Below are positions 24,255 through 34,192 of a stretch of DNA of 34,192 nt, piece by piece (the stretch's first letter is position 1; each line of letters opens with the position of its first letter). Under the pieces are notes generated by a model. The model did not search any database, was not told the DNA's origin, and worked only from the letters and a program-made list of their open reading frames with translations. The stretch lies in IMG/VR virus record IMGVR_UViG_3300032135_000036, positions 1 to 34,192 of that record; one strand, written 5' to 3'. The translations under genes were made by a program, and so were the position numbers. This DNA comes from a virus. Taxonomy: Duplodnaviria > Caudoviricetes.

Positions 24255-26224
24255 AATCCAACACTCCTTCCAGTAATTTTATTTTTATTACCCATCAAGT
24301 TATCAAGATCATCAACTAAAAATTCTGCTATTGTTTTGCCGTTTTGTAGTACTAACTGTATTGATATTGGTTGCTTATTTATAGCAACGGTACTATTATT
24401 AGTTGCTATATCCATACTTTTATTATTATCGTATACTTTAGCACCTTTTCGTAGATCTATTAATTCAGGTCCTTTTTCCCCTACCCAAGTTAAACCGCCT
24501 TTCCAGTTATCTGTTCCGCTTGCATTTTGTCCTATACTTCCACCATGTTCATCGATATATCTTGTAGTTACAGTAGAAGTTTTATTTTTTATAGAAGTTC
24601 CATTAAATTTATCAAGTACCCATTGAACACCGTCTATTACTTTTGATATACCACTAAAAACTGTACTAAATAATGTTGCTACTTTATCAAGGCTTGGCTT
24701 TATAAAGTCATATATGCCTTTTACTGTTTTTATGATTAAGTTAACTATATCTATTGCTAACTTCACAGCTGCAACTACAAGGGGCATTGTACTTTCAAAT
24801 ACCGCTTTAACTCCTGGCATAGCTTTTTTTACTGTATCCCATAATCCAGTTATAATAGGCATTAAACTATCTCTTATAGTTTTTACTAATCTGTTAAAAC
24901 TCGGTTCTATATAATCATATGCCTTTTGTATTGCATCTTTTATAGCACTAAAAGCAGTTTCAAAGGCTGATTTTATTTTCGGCATAAAAGGACTTGCCCA
25001 TTCCCATATAGATTTAAATAACGGTATCAATACATCTTTTACTATATTACTTACTGTTGTAAATACATCAGAAACAACTTGCATTGCTTTATCTATAACA
25101 GATTGTATTTGTGGCATATTATCAATTACCCATTTTAAAAGGTCATTGAATACTGGTAATAGTTTTTCTCCTAAAGTTATCATAACTACATCAAAACTAG
25201 CTTTCATTTTCTCCATCATTGCTGATACTGTAGCTTGTTGAGTTTTGAAAGCTGCTTCTGTTGCTCCAGCAGCATTTTTCATTTGTAAAGTTTTTGCTGC
25301 AAAATTTTCTGCTTGTGTTCCTGTTAGTGCGAGTACTGCGGTTCCAGCTTCTACACTTCCAAACATTCCAGCAAGTGCGGTATCATTTCCGTTAACAGAT
25401 TTTTTTAATCCTTGTAATGCTCCTTCTAATCCTAAACTTTCTAGTGCTGCGGCTCCTGTTTCAAATCCCATACCTTTTAAAGCAGCTGACATGCTTTCAC
25501 TTGGTTTCATAAATCCTTGTATAGCACCACGTAATTGTGTTGTTACTTCACTAGTAGCTCCTGTTACTCCTGTTAATGTTGCCATAGCTCCGAATAATTC
25601 TTCTTGTTTAACTTTCATAGCACCAGCTAGTGGTATAACTTTACCCATACTTGAAGCGAGTTCAGGAAATGTTGTTTGCCCAAGTTTTACTGTAAGAAAT
25701 GCTAAATCACTTGTCTTTTGTGCTGCTTTTGCGCTAGTATCTCCATAGCCTTTTGTTACTGCCGATAATAAGTTTACTGAATCAGTAACGGTTGCATTTC
25801 CTGCCGCTGCGCCTTTCGTACTTATTTCAAGTATCTTCATAGCATCGTCTGTTTCTCCAAAGGCTGATACTACTTGATATAATCCATCTGTTAATAATTC
25901 GGTGCTTGTACCAGTATCAGATGATAACTTCTTAACTGCTGCACCCATATTATTTATTTTAGTTTTAACATCGCCATCAAGTAGAGTTGCAACATTTGCC
26001 ATTTGTTTCTCATAATCTACAGCTGCTTTAAGTGCTACACCACCGATTGCAGCTGCTGCTGTTCCTGCTGCTAATACTGCTGCTGCTCCCCATTTTGCTG
26101 CTATTCCAATTCCTTTTAAAAATTTGTTTCCAACACCCTCGACATTTTGATCCGTTCTTTGTAAACTTCTATCTGCTTCATCAGAGTTAACAAGTATGCT
26201 TCCCATCAATCTAAAAATTTCCAT
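24251..26224 (-). CDS. Tape measure protein (TP901-family core)
   Basis: MEIFRLMGSIL, Ala-rich helical core, amphipathic repeats, ASGT..W.GG..WVGE.GPEL. Confidence 0.93.
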   Translation of the reverse strand: MEIFRLMGSILVNSDEADRSLQRTDQNVEGVGNKFLKGIGIAAKWGAAAVLAAGTAAAAIGGVALKAAVDYEKQMANVATLLDGDVKTKINNMGAAVKKLSSDTGTSTELLTDGLYQVVSAFGETDDAMKILEISTKGAAAGNATVTDSVNLLSAVTKGYGDTSAKAAQKTSDLAFLTVKLGQTTFPELASSMGKVIPLAGAMKVKQEELFGAMATLTGVTGATSEVTTQLRGAIQGFMKPSESMSAALKGMGFETGAAALESLGLEGALQGLKKSVNGNDTALAGMFGSVEAGTAVLALTGTQAENFAAKTLQMKNAAGATEAAFKTQQATVSAMMEKMKASFDVVMITLGEKLLPVFNDLLKWVIDNMPQIQSVIDKAMQVVSDVFTTVSNIVKDVLIPLFKSIWEWASPFMPKIKSAFETAFSAIKDAIQKAYDYIEPSFNRLVKTIRDSLMPIITGLWDTVKKAMPGVKAVFESTMPLVVAAVKLAIDIVNLIIKTVKGIYDFIKPSLDKVATLFSTVFSGISKVIDGVQWVLDKFNGTSIKNKTSTVTTRYIDEHGGSIGQNASGTDNWKGGLTWVGEKGPELIDLRKGAKVYDNNKSMDIATNNSTVAINKQPISIQLVLQNGKTIAEFLVDDLDNLMGNKNKITGRSVGF

Positions 26225-26226
26225 TA

Positions 26227-26499
26227 TTATTTTTCACCCCTTTTCTCGTGGGCTTTAATTACTTGATCCATTTCTTTCTCTATTTCTTCATAAGTGATTT
26301 TACTACCACTATTATCGATATTTTTTATAGTAGCATCTATTATTTTTTTCTTATAAGCTTTATAATCCACATAAGTTTCTGAATCCATTTTCGCATAATC
26401 TAATTTATAAAATTCAAATATATCTTTATCCATTTTTTTATCACATGCTTTTAAAATAAGTTTGGTGATATTATTAATCTTAATTTTAGTATTAGACAT
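26227..26499 (-). CDS. Tail assembly chaperone, downstream (T) frame
   Basis: Frame is open upstream to the slippery site at 26562-26568. Confidence 0.75.
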   Translation of the reverse strand: MSNTKIKINNITKLILKACDKKMDKDIFEFYKLDYAKMDSETYVDYKAYKKKIIDATIKNIDNSGSKITYEEIEKEMDQVIKAHEKRGEK

Positions 26500-26546
26500 G
26501 ATCCCATAGTTGCTATATAAAAGATTTAATGTTTCTTCATATCCGA

Positions 26547-26870
26547 TTATATAGCTTGTTTGAAAAAACTAACTGCATCCTTATCTGTAAATATTGCTTT
26601 TAAAGTAGTAATCATTTTAAACGGTCCTTGCGCTTTTGCTTCCTCTAAAGTAATTTCTTGCATCGTGGCTACTATTTCAAATAATTCTTCTTTTACATTT
26701 TTAGAATTTGTAAGTATATATTTGCCTAAAACTATACCTAAGTCATAAGCACTTAATTTTTTAGTTATATTTTCCTTTTGTATTTTTTTTCTATACACAT
26801 CTAAATCCAATTTATCATAAATCGCTACTATAATGGGTAACATATCGAATAATTTTTCACTACTTATCAT
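26547..26870 (-). CDS. Tail assembly chaperone (G)
   Basis: Between major tail and tape measure; AGGAGG RBS; ends AGT TTT TTC AAA. Confidence 0.8.
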   Translation of the reverse strand: MISSEKLFDMLPIIVAIYDKLDLDVYRKKIQKENITKKLSAYDLGIVLGKYILTNSKNVKEELFEIVATMQEITLEEAKAQGPFKMITTLKAIFTDKDAVSFFKQAI

Positions 26871-26918
26871 GTTAATCCTCCTAAAAAATAAAAGAGTGAA
26901 ATTAATCACCCTTTTTAC

Positions 26919-27500
26919 TTAAACTATTACTGCTATACTTGCTACTGTTTCAATTTTAAATAGATCTGATTCAAGTCCTTCTTCTGCCATATCCCAATGT
27001 GCGCCAAATTCTAATGCAATTTCTCCTTCTCCTTTTGGTTTTGCTGCTAGTTCAAAAGGACTTTCTGACATTGCATTATATAAGGTAATTTTTCTATACT
27101 CACCTTTAATAGTTTTTGCATACATAGTAACATTTTTAAGATATGCTGCATCTGCTATAATACCCATGTTATTTACTCCACATGTTAATGTATAAGGTAA
27201 TTCAGGTGTACCATCGCCAGTTAATGTAGCATATGGCATACCGAGTGCCATTACTTGTAGACTTGTATCTAGTGCAACTACGCTTAAAGTCGCATCAACT
27301 GCTTCTGTTACTTGACTACCTTTAGTTTTTCCCATCTGTCCATCAAACTCAATATCACGAATAGTATTTTCCGCTTTAAATCCACCGCCACCTCTAACTG
27401 GTCCTAATCTAAAAGCATCAATTTCGCCATCATTTATAATTATAATCCCATAATCAATTTGTACGTCTTGAATTTGTTCTTTTTTTGTTTTAACCGCCAC
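26919..27500 (-). CDS. Major tail protein
   Basis: LGPVRGGGGF, IEFDG..GKTKG, I.LYNA; position in the tail module. Confidence 0.85.
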   Translation of the reverse strand: MAVKTKKEQIQDVQIDYGIIIINDGEIDAFRLGPVRGGGGFKAENTIRDIEFDGQMGKTKGSQVTEAVDATLSVVALDTSLQVMALGMPYATLTGDGTPELPYTLTCGVNNMGIIADAAYLKNVTMYAKTIKGEYRKITLYNAMSESPFELAAKPKGEGEIALEFGAHWDMAEEGLESDLFKIETVASIAVIV

Positions 27501-27512
27501 ATAAATTCCCCC

Positions 27513-27875
27513 TTATATTCTTTTTAAAATTCCATTATAGTTATAGCTTCTATGTCTTAATGTTTTATCATCATCCGCTACAGATAACATATTTTCATTA
27601 AAAAATACCACCGAAATATTATCAGTAGTAATTACTTTTGTATCTAATACTTTTACCTTTGCCATCAATGTTTCTAGTGCGGTTATATCTCCAACTAGTG
27701 TTTTATCCCATCCATCAACTGATAACGTTACTAATTCGCCACCCTCACCGTTTGGATAAAGTTGAAAATCATATACTATATATGGGTATATTGCATTTTC
27801 AGGTGCGATTTCCCAATATACTCTATCATGCAACGTTTTTAAAAATATTCTAACTTGTTGACTAAGTTCTACCAT
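27513..27875 (-). CDS. Tail terminator / completion protein
   Basis: VY.E.AP..A.YPYIVY motif; position. Confidence 0.75.
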   Translation of the reverse strand: MVELSQQVRIFLKTLHDRVYWEIAPENAIYPYIVYDFQLYPNGEGGELVTLSVDGWDKTLVGDITALETLMAKVKVLDTKVITTDNISVVFFNENMLSVADDDKTLRHRSYNYNGILKRI

Positions 27876-28327
27876 TAAGTGTTTTCCTCACTTTCATCAA
27901 TCGAACTTGAAGAATCCTCTCCATTGATTGCTGATAAATATTGTGATTCTATTTTTATTATTTCTGCTATGTTTTCCATAACAGTTTCCTTTAAAAACCC
28001 ACGTTTAGGTTGGTTACTTGTTCCTAATTCGCTTTGAATTGCGTACCAAGCATCACCACTAAGCCTTTTCTTAGTATTTCCCATACCTAACTGCAAATCA
28101 CCTTCAATTTTTCTAAGCCATGATCCAGTAGCATTTTTAGCTCTTTTACCTTTTTTAAGTCCAGGAAGTGTTCTTATTTTAGCAGTTACTTTATATCTTA
28201 TCATTCTGCTTACATCTCTAAGTGCTGCTCTACTTAATTCTTTTATCGTATAACTCGCTTGATCTATATTACTGATATACTGTATACCATTTTTATTGAT
28301 CCTCATGTTACTCTTAGGTAATGGCAT
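27875..28327 (-). CDS. HK97 gp10-like neck protein
   Basis: WY...ELGTSNQPKR.FL; position. Confidence 0.75.
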   Translation of the reverse strand: MPLPKSNMRINKNGIQYISNIDQASYTIKELSRAALRDVSRMIRYKVTAKIRTLPGLKKGKRAKNATGSWLRKIEGDLQLGMGNTKKRLSGDAWYAIQSELGTSNQPKRGFLKETVMENIAEIIKIESQYLSAINGEDSSSSIDESEENT

Positions 28328-28641
28328 TACACCACCGCCATAGCTTTAATTTCCATAAATTCATTACCATATTTAATATTATCTATAAAAGTAATGTCGT
28401 AATTATTTCCCTCAAATATAATTCGCATACTTTCAGTAATATTTTTATTGCATCTGATAGTAAATTTAACTGTATTTTCTGCTTGTATTTGCATCGCAGC
28501 AAAATATTCTCTTCCGCTTAAATTAGTTACACTTGCCCAAACCGTTATATAATCGGACCATTCTTGTATTTCAAATCCATAATCATTTTCTACGATTGTT
28601 GAATTTTGGAATATTATCCTTTTATTTAATCTTTCGATCAT
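28327..28641 (-). CDS. Head-closure protein (SPP1 gp16-like)
   Basis: LNKRI..Q, W....TVWA.V..LSGREYFAA, FTIR. Confidence 0.9.
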   Translation of the reverse strand: MIERLNKRIIFQNSTIVENDYGFEIQEWSDYITVWASVTNLSGREYFAAMQIQAENTVKFTIRCNKNITESMRIIFEGNNYDITFIDNIKYGNEFMEIKAMAVV

Positions 28642-28940
28642 ACTACTACCACTATTTCAGCATTGTAATCAACGGACATGGACAAATGATTTCTAATCAT
28701 AGAATACGATTCCATATATCTTAGACTTTCTTTTTCATTTGTGCTATATTCAGCCTTACAATATGTTTTTACTGCTCTTAGTATTAATGCATCGGTATCT
28801 ATTATTTTGCTTTCAAGTATTCCGCATAATTTAAGATCTGCTTTTGCAGCATTTACTGTATCTTGTATATCACCATCTAAAGTCATATCATCAATTCTTA
28901 AAGATAATTTAATCTTTTCTAATAATGTTATTTCAGCCAT
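28638..28940 (-). CDS. Head-tail connector (HK97 gp6-like)
   Basis: LEKIKLSLRI...D.DI...AAKADL..CG...AVKTYCKA. Confidence 0.85.
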   Translation of the reverse strand: MAEITLLEKIKLSLRIDDMTLDGDIQDTVNAAKADLKLCGILESKIIDTDALILRAVKTYCKAEYSTNEKESLRYMESYSMIRNHLSMSVDYNAEIVVVV

Positions 28941-28989
28941 TTTATTCACCTCATTTTAAAAATAAAGAGGGTTTTAACCCTCTAAACTT

Positions 28990-30210
28990 CTAAGCTAATG
29001 TTTTAGTTAAAGTTACTAATGAATTTATATCTACAACCTTACCATCTGCTAACATTATAGCTTTTGTAACCATATCATCAGTTACATTATCTTCATATTT
29101 CTTTAAAGTCATTTGGTAATTAGTATTTAAAACATAATCTTTAAAGTTGAATAAGAAAGCAAATTTTGTATCGGCTGCTACTGTTTTAAGATAAGATCCT
29201 ACATAGTTATTTAAAACTACTGTTCTCCCTAGTAGCGTTCTTTCAGGTCTGCCAGCTATGCCATAATTAACTCTTGCAATAGGTTGTTTTTGACTATCAA
29301 CCATTCCTATAAATGCCATGAATGATTTTTTAGACATACACCAAACTGCATCCTGTTCATATTCTAATGGTAAAGCTGCTTCCGCTTCTATTAAATCGCT
29401 GTAACCTATTGCTGTTGCATTTGCAATTGTTAAAGCTTGGCCTTCTGCTGGTGTTTCTGTCAAAATTCCTTTTGGTTGTGTAGTCCCATCACCACTTATA
29501 ATAGATTGCTCTAAAGCCTTAACCATTGCTTCTGTGATATTGTTGATTATAGTACTTTCAAATACTGCTAAAGTTATAGTATCTACCTCAAATGAAACCG
29601 ACACCGCACATCTAAGCTTGAAGTAAGTAAATGTAATATTTGCAGTAGTTTTCTTTTGTAATTCACTTCCAGCACCTTCGGAAACCCATGTCGCAACTGG
29701 CTTAACACTTGATGTAGGTATTGCTAAACCGCCTTTATAACTAGTTCTAGTAACAAGCGGTAAAATCATTCCTGTTGCTTCTAATTTTTCAATTATTTTT
29801 TCCATTACGGTTGTTGGAATCACTGATCCTACATCGCCAGTAACTGTACTAGCATCAACGTTTAATAGTTGACTAGGAATTGCAGTTCCTTTTATAACAT
29901 TATTCATAAATGCTTTTCTATAATCTACTGTTGCGTACATATCCTCATTTGCTACATTGTTAGTTGAATCTATAACTTTACCCACTACATTCACCCCTTT
30001 ATTTTCAATATTAAGCGCCTTGAATTTATCTTCTAAAGCTACTTTGTTTGCTAGTTCCTTTGATTGCTCGCTCCAAGCATTATCCATTGTTTCAACTTCT
30101 GCCATTTTTGCTGTTATTTCTTCTGGTGTTGAATTTTCCATCATTCCCTGGATAGTTGCCATTAAAATTCCTCTTTGTTCTGAATAATCTTGTTTGTTTT
30201 TAAATTTCAT
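28990..30210 (-). CDS. Major capsid protein, HK97 family
   Basis: N-terminal coiled delta domain, YRKAF, G.VIP, A.WV.EG, LLGR.V. Confidence 0.93.
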   Translation of the reverse strand: MKFKNKQDYSEQRGILMATIQGMMENSTPEEITAKMAEVETMDNAWSEQSKELANKVALEDKFKALNIENKGVNVVGKVIDSTNNVANEDMYATVDYRKAFMNNVIKGTAIPSQLLNVDASTVTGDVGSVIPTTVMEKIIEKLEATGMILPLVTRTSYKGGLAIPTSSVKPVATWVSEGAGSELQKKTTANITFTYFKLRCAVSVSFEVDTITLAVFESTIINNITEAMVKALEQSIISGDGTTQPKGILTETPAEGQALTIANATAIGYSDLIEAEAALPLEYEQDAVWCMSKKSFMAFIGMVDSQKQPIARVNYGIAGRPERTLLGRTVVLNNYVGSYLKTVAADTKFAFLFNFKDYVLNTNYQMTLKKYEDNVTDDMVTKAIMLADGKVVDINSLVTLTKTLA

Positions 30211-30211
30211 T

Positions 30212-30886
30212 TTACATTCCGCCTTTCAATTTTAAATATTTTAATTTATTTTGTAATTTATCTTTGCTTAAATCATTTAATCTTTTAATTTGCATTTTAT
30301 TAATAATTTCATCAGGAATCATATTGCTAAATGAGTTATTAAGTTGAGTGGTTTGTGTATTTTCAAACATGATACCATCAATTAATCCTTTGTCTTTTGC
30401 TTGTTGTGCGGTTAACCAGGTTTCATCTGCCATCATTTTTAAAGCTTCTTTCATACTCATTCCACTTTTGGCAATATAGGCATTTGCTACTGTTTGGTCT
30501 GCGACTTGTAAGACTTTAGACATTTTATCCATGTCATTACTATTTCCCTCTGCTCCACTTGATACTTTATGTACCATCATCATCGCAGTAGGTGACATAT
30601 AACTCTCACTAGCCATTGCAATAACTGAACCAGCACTATAAGCACTTCCCACTATATAAGTTTTTTTATTTCCCTTACTATAGCCTCTTATTGCAGTATA
30701 AATTTCACTTGCTGCTGATATATCGCCACCATTAGAATTAATTTCGACTTCCAAGTCCTCATTAGTCATTATGCTATCTATAATTTTATTAACTTTACTA
30801 GGTGAGGTTGCTTCAATTCCAAAATAATCATAAATCCATTGTTGTTGACTTGATACTATAGGACCTTTAATATTTATTTTAGCCAT
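30212..30886 (-). CDS. ClpP-like head maturation protease
   Basis: INSNGGD, SAGSVIAMA, MMVH, ETWLTA..A...GLID. Confidence 0.93.
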   Translation of the reverse strand: MAKINIKGPIVSSQQQWIYDYFGIEATSPSKVNKIIDSIMTNEDLEVEINSNGGDISAASEIYTAIRGYSKGNKKTYIVGSAYSAGSVIAMASESYMSPTAMMMVHKVSSGAEGNSNDMDKMSKVLQVADQTVANAYIAKSGMSMKEALKMMADETWLTAQQAKDKGLIDGIMFENTQTTQLNNSFSNMIPDEIINKMQIKRLNDLSKDKLQNKLKYLKLKGGM

Positions 30887-32061
30887 TATTTGTTTTCACC
30901 TCCTTTGCCTGACACAATTCCAGTATCTTTTCTAAGTAATACTCTATCGCCACCATCTATTGGTCCTAAGTTCATAACTCTACGAACCTCATTTGGTGTC
31001 ATCATGCCACGATCTACAAATTGAACTAGATTAAGCTTTGTAGACATGCTCGCATAAGATAAATTGGAAGCTTCAAATATTATAGAGTTTCCAAAACCTC
31101 TTTCTCTCCTGCTAAATAACTTTCTTGTGTACTCTCCACTTAATTGAAGTCCTAAAGGTTCAATTTCGCTTTCATAATAAGCATTCCATTCATCTTCACT
31201 GTATTTAGATTGAACTATCTTTTCATTAGTACCAAAAAAATTATATAATCGTGTAATTGTTCGGTCCATTTGTGCCGCATTGGGTACATACGGATTATCT
31301 GCTACTTGTTCTAAATCATATTTAGGATCAGAAGCCGCAACTCCTTTACCTTTATCAATACTTAGAAAGTTTTCAACAAATTTAGTTACTTCCATATCAC
31401 GATCTTCGGGCCTTAATACACTTTTAAATTTCATAAGCCATTTTATAACCATGCTATTTTTTATAGCCTTTACTATTCCCTGATCTGTTGTGTTTACAAT
31501 TTCCATCAGTGGTAATAATGCATCTCGTGGACTTTCTCCAAAAATATCATTTTCGTTGTAGTCTTGGCGCAAATGAATTATATCTACATATGGATAAGTA
31601 ACATTTTTACCGTTTCTCATAGTACATTTTAAATATAAATTTCCAAACGTATCATAAATAGCTTCTGCGCTTAGTGTTGGTATAGGATATAGTTCATTTG
31701 CATATCCATTTTCATCTCTATTAATATAAATAAACGCATTATTATTAAGTTGTAGCTGTGTAGTTATTTTTTCTTGTAGTAACTGGCCTGTCATGTATGG
31801 ATTAGGTTCTTCTAATAAAAAACGCATATAAACATCAGGATTAGTTTTTAGTTCTAAAGTTCCATCTACTTTTAATGTTTCTCTTATATGTTTTGCTAAC
31901 AGTTTTCCTACAGCTTTTGCTTTAGGTCTTATACAAGCCCTTATTACATCGCTTTTATACAAGGTACCATTCCAATTGTAAAATCCGTTGCCTTGATCTG
32001 TTATTAATTCAAATCTTGTTGTTGTAGAGCTTTTATTAAAAAATTTATTAAATAATCCCAT
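30886..32061 (-). CDS. Portal protein, HK97 family
   Basis: LLEEPNPYMT, NNNAFIYI, IIHLR, GESP, MTPNEVR...LGPI.GGD; AGGAGG RBS before ATG 32061. Confidence 0.94.
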   Translation of the reverse strand: MGLFNKFFNKSSTTTRFELITDQGNGFYNWNGTLYKSDVIRACIRPKAKAVGKLLAKHIRETLKVDGTLELKTNPDVYMRFLLEEPNPYMTGQLLQEKITTQLQLNNNAFIYINRDENGYANELYPIPTLSAEAIYDTFGNLYLKCTMRNGKNVTYPYVDIIHLRQDYNENDIFGESPRDALLPLMEIVNTTDQGIVKAIKNSMVIKWLMKFKSVLRPEDRDMEVTKFVENFLSIDKGKGVAASDPKYDLEQVADNPYVPNAAQMDRTITRLYNFFGTNEKIVQSKYSEDEWNAYYESEIEPLGLQLSGEYTRKLFSRRERGFGNSIIFEASNLSYASMSTKLNLVQFVDRGMMTPNEVRRVMNLGPIDGGDRVLLRKDTGIVSGKGGENK

Positions 32062-32078
32062 TTTTATCACCTCCTTTG

Positions 32079-33785
32079 CTATATCATGTTTGTATAATCT
32101 TCTAAATGCCTTTCCATACATACATAAGCATCTAGTAAACTTGCAGTGCCATCAATCCTTCGCCTTTGGTTATGTGTTTTGCAAGGTTGTATATTAAGGT
32201 TCTTATCTGTTTCTATTGCTGTATTAGATAAACACCATTTTAAAATTGGATTATTATTATAATTGATTCTTTTAGCTCCTAAATCAGCGCCCATATTTTT
32301 CATAGGTCCTGATAATGTTTTTTTACCTTGAATAACTGCTTCCATACTTTCAGCACCAAAATAACTTTTCATTTCTTCTACAAAATAAGTTGCCGACCAC
32401 GCATCGTAACCTGTCCAAGGCAAATAAATATTATCAGTATTTTGTATTTCTAAAAACCACTCTGTTACATGTTTATGATGTACTTTATTACCTTCTACGG
32501 TCCTTAAATATCCTAAATCTCTCCATATGTCATACGGTATTTTATCTTCTGCTACTCTTAACTCTAATAAATCTTCAGGAAGCCAATACATTTGTTTTGC
32601 GTAAATCGTGTTATCTCCTGGAACCATAAATATTACTGTTGCGCAGGTTAAATCTGTAGTTGAAGATAAATCAGCTCCACCAATACCATACTTAGGTTTT
32701 AATAACTCTAAATTAAATTTTGCTGTATTATTTAGTTCTTCAAAGGTTAACCATGCTTCAGAACTCGTTTCTCTAACATTAAAATCTTTACATAATAAGT
32801 TTCTTACTAACTTTGCATCAGCTTTTGCTTTATTAACTTTATTTTCCAACTGGTCTATTCTCTTAATACTTTCTAAACCAGGATTAGGCTTATACCAATT
32901 ATCTTTTTCGGTCCATTCTTTTCTATTATCAAGTTCATACACCACTGGAAGGAACCTTTCATTTTTATATCCGTTAGCATCTTCGTATCCGTTTATAATT
33001 CTTTCGGCTTCATCGTATTTTCTATCATAAACGCTTTCCCTTATAGTTCCAGCGGTAGTAGTAACAAATATAAGCGGTTGCTCTCTAGCGCTTGTACCAT
33101 CCACGATAACATCGTATAAGTTTTGATCTGTCCATGCATGAATTTCATCTAATAGCGCACCCTGAACATTTAAACCATCTAATGAATCTGAATCCCTACC
33201 CAATGGCCTAAAAAAAGAATCGTTATAGTCGGCAACCAATTCTGCAACTAAAGGTTTAATCCTTTTTAGCAATACTGGTGACTTCTTAACCATTCTTTTA
33301 GCTTCTAACCATATAATTTTAGCTTGATCTTTCTTAGTAGCACACGCATATACTTCACTACCAGGTTCTCCGTCTGCGATTTGTAAATATAAACCTATCG
33401 CAGCCGCTAGCGTAGATTTACCGTTTTTTCTCGCTACTATTAACATTACTTCTTGATATTTTCTAGTATTATCTATTTTATGTATAATTCCAAAGGTTGC
33501 AGCAACTAAAGCCTTTTCCCATAACTCCAAAATAAAAGGTTTACCGCCCATTTTCCCTTTAGAATGTTTACAGTAATTTTCTATAAACTCTAAAGCATGA
33601 TTCCCTTTTTTTATATCATATTCCCATTCACATTTAGAATCATTAATAATTCTTACTAATTCTTTATAGACTTTATAAGTTTTTTTACAAACAAATTTTC
33701 TATTTTTATTTATCCAGTTAAAATATTCAACTATAGGATTATAAGTAAGTTCATAAACTATTTTTTCAACTTTTGCACTAATCAT
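32079..33785 (-). CDS. terL: Terminase large subunit
   Basis: Walker A VARKNGKS, Walker B LLDEIH, GADLSSTTDLT and RIDG nuclease motifs. Confidence 0.97.
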   Translation of the reverse strand: MISAKVEKIVYELTYNPIVEYFNWINKNRKFVCKKTYKVYKELVRIINDSKCEWEYDIKKGNHALEFIENYCKHSKGKMGGKPFILELWEKALVAATFGIIHKIDNTRKYQEVMLIVARKNGKSTLAAAIGLYLQIADGEPGSEVYACATKKDQAKIIWLEAKRMVKKSPVLLKRIKPLVAELVADYNDSFFRPLGRDSDSLDGLNVQGALLDEIHAWTDQNLYDVIVDGTSAREQPLIFVTTTAGTIRESVYDRKYDEAERIINGYEDANGYKNERFLPVVYELDNRKEWTEKDNWYKPNPGLESIKRIDQLENKVNKAKADAKLVRNLLCKDFNVRETSSEAWLTFEELNNTAKFNLELLKPKYGIGGADLSSTTDLTCATVIFMVPGDNTIYAKQMYWLPEDLLELRVAEDKIPYDIWRDLGYLRTVEGNKVHHKHVTEWFLEIQNTDNIYLPWTGYDAWSATYFVEEMKSYFGAESMEAVIQGKKTLSGPMKNMGADLGAKRINYNNNPILKWCLSNTAIETDKNLNIQPCKTHNQRRRIDGTASLLDAYVCMERHLEDYTNMI

Positions 33786-34162
33786 CTATTGTTCACAAAG
33801 GTATCAAACCCATCATCCTTAATTTTATTAGCAATATCCTTTGGTAATAAATCAGTAATTGCTTTCATAGTAGATACAAAGTTTTTAATCATCGTATTAT
33901 AAATATCAATTTCAGCCGACTTCTTTATACCAAATTGATTTTCTCCATTTTGGTATTCAACTGTTAATCCATTTTTATTTAAGTAGTCTTGAAGCTCTCT
34001 TAATGTTACAGCCATAAATGCTGCATTTTCAATTACTGTTGAAATTGATTTTTTTACTTGTATATCCATATCTTTAAAGAGTTTGTTAATTTTCGCTACT
34101 TCTTTCTTAATCTCTATTAACTTTGCCATTTCATCCAATTTTTTATTATTCGTGTTTCTCAC
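33782..34162 (-). CDS. terS: Terminase small subunit
   Basis: AAFM...L.EL...G....YQNG.NQ.G.K; overlaps the terL start. Confidence 0.85.
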   Translation of the reverse strand: MRNTNNKKLDEMAKLIEIKKEVAKINKLFKDMDIQVKKSISTVIENAAFMAVTLRELQDYLNKNGLTVEYQNGENQFGIKKSAEIDIYNTMIKNFVSTMKAITDLLPKDIANKIKDDGFDTFVNNR

Positions 34163-34192
34163 CTCTCCCTTATTCTACACCCCTCCTTGAAA

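Noticed and set aside
339-33030. Plus-strand ORFs in the track
   Set aside because: They overlap well-supported minus-strand genes and lack RBS or recognisable motifs.

Overview
The window looks like a near-complete, low-GC, Clostridium-like temperate siphophage genome, opened between the HNH genes and the small terminase gene (probable cos region). Almost all genes are on the minus strand. From right to left: HK97-type head (terS, terL, portal, ClpP-like protease, capsid), long non-contractile tail with a -1 frameshifted chaperone, Dit/Tal, an Ig-like moron, a tail fibre plus SGNH esterase, lysis (BhlA holin, GH25 endolysin), a promoter-driven array of small genes, a plasmid-like maintenance region in place of an integrase module (short wHTH Rep, 15-bp repeats, DnaA boxes, dif-like site), a cI/cro switch, replication genes with a C5 methyltransferase, a sigma factor, a small tyrosine recombinase and two HNH genes. 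The most striking signal is a family of about 13 same-orientation 22-bp imperfect palindromes (7-8-7; minus-strand consensus about DCRCAAT-N6AT-ATGRCGM). They sit at gene boundaries, bound both ends of a duplicated gene block, and bracket the swappable receptor-binding end of the tail fibre. This suggests an integron-like gene-cassette system in a probable phage-plasmid. All calls come from reading the sequence; no database searches were run.
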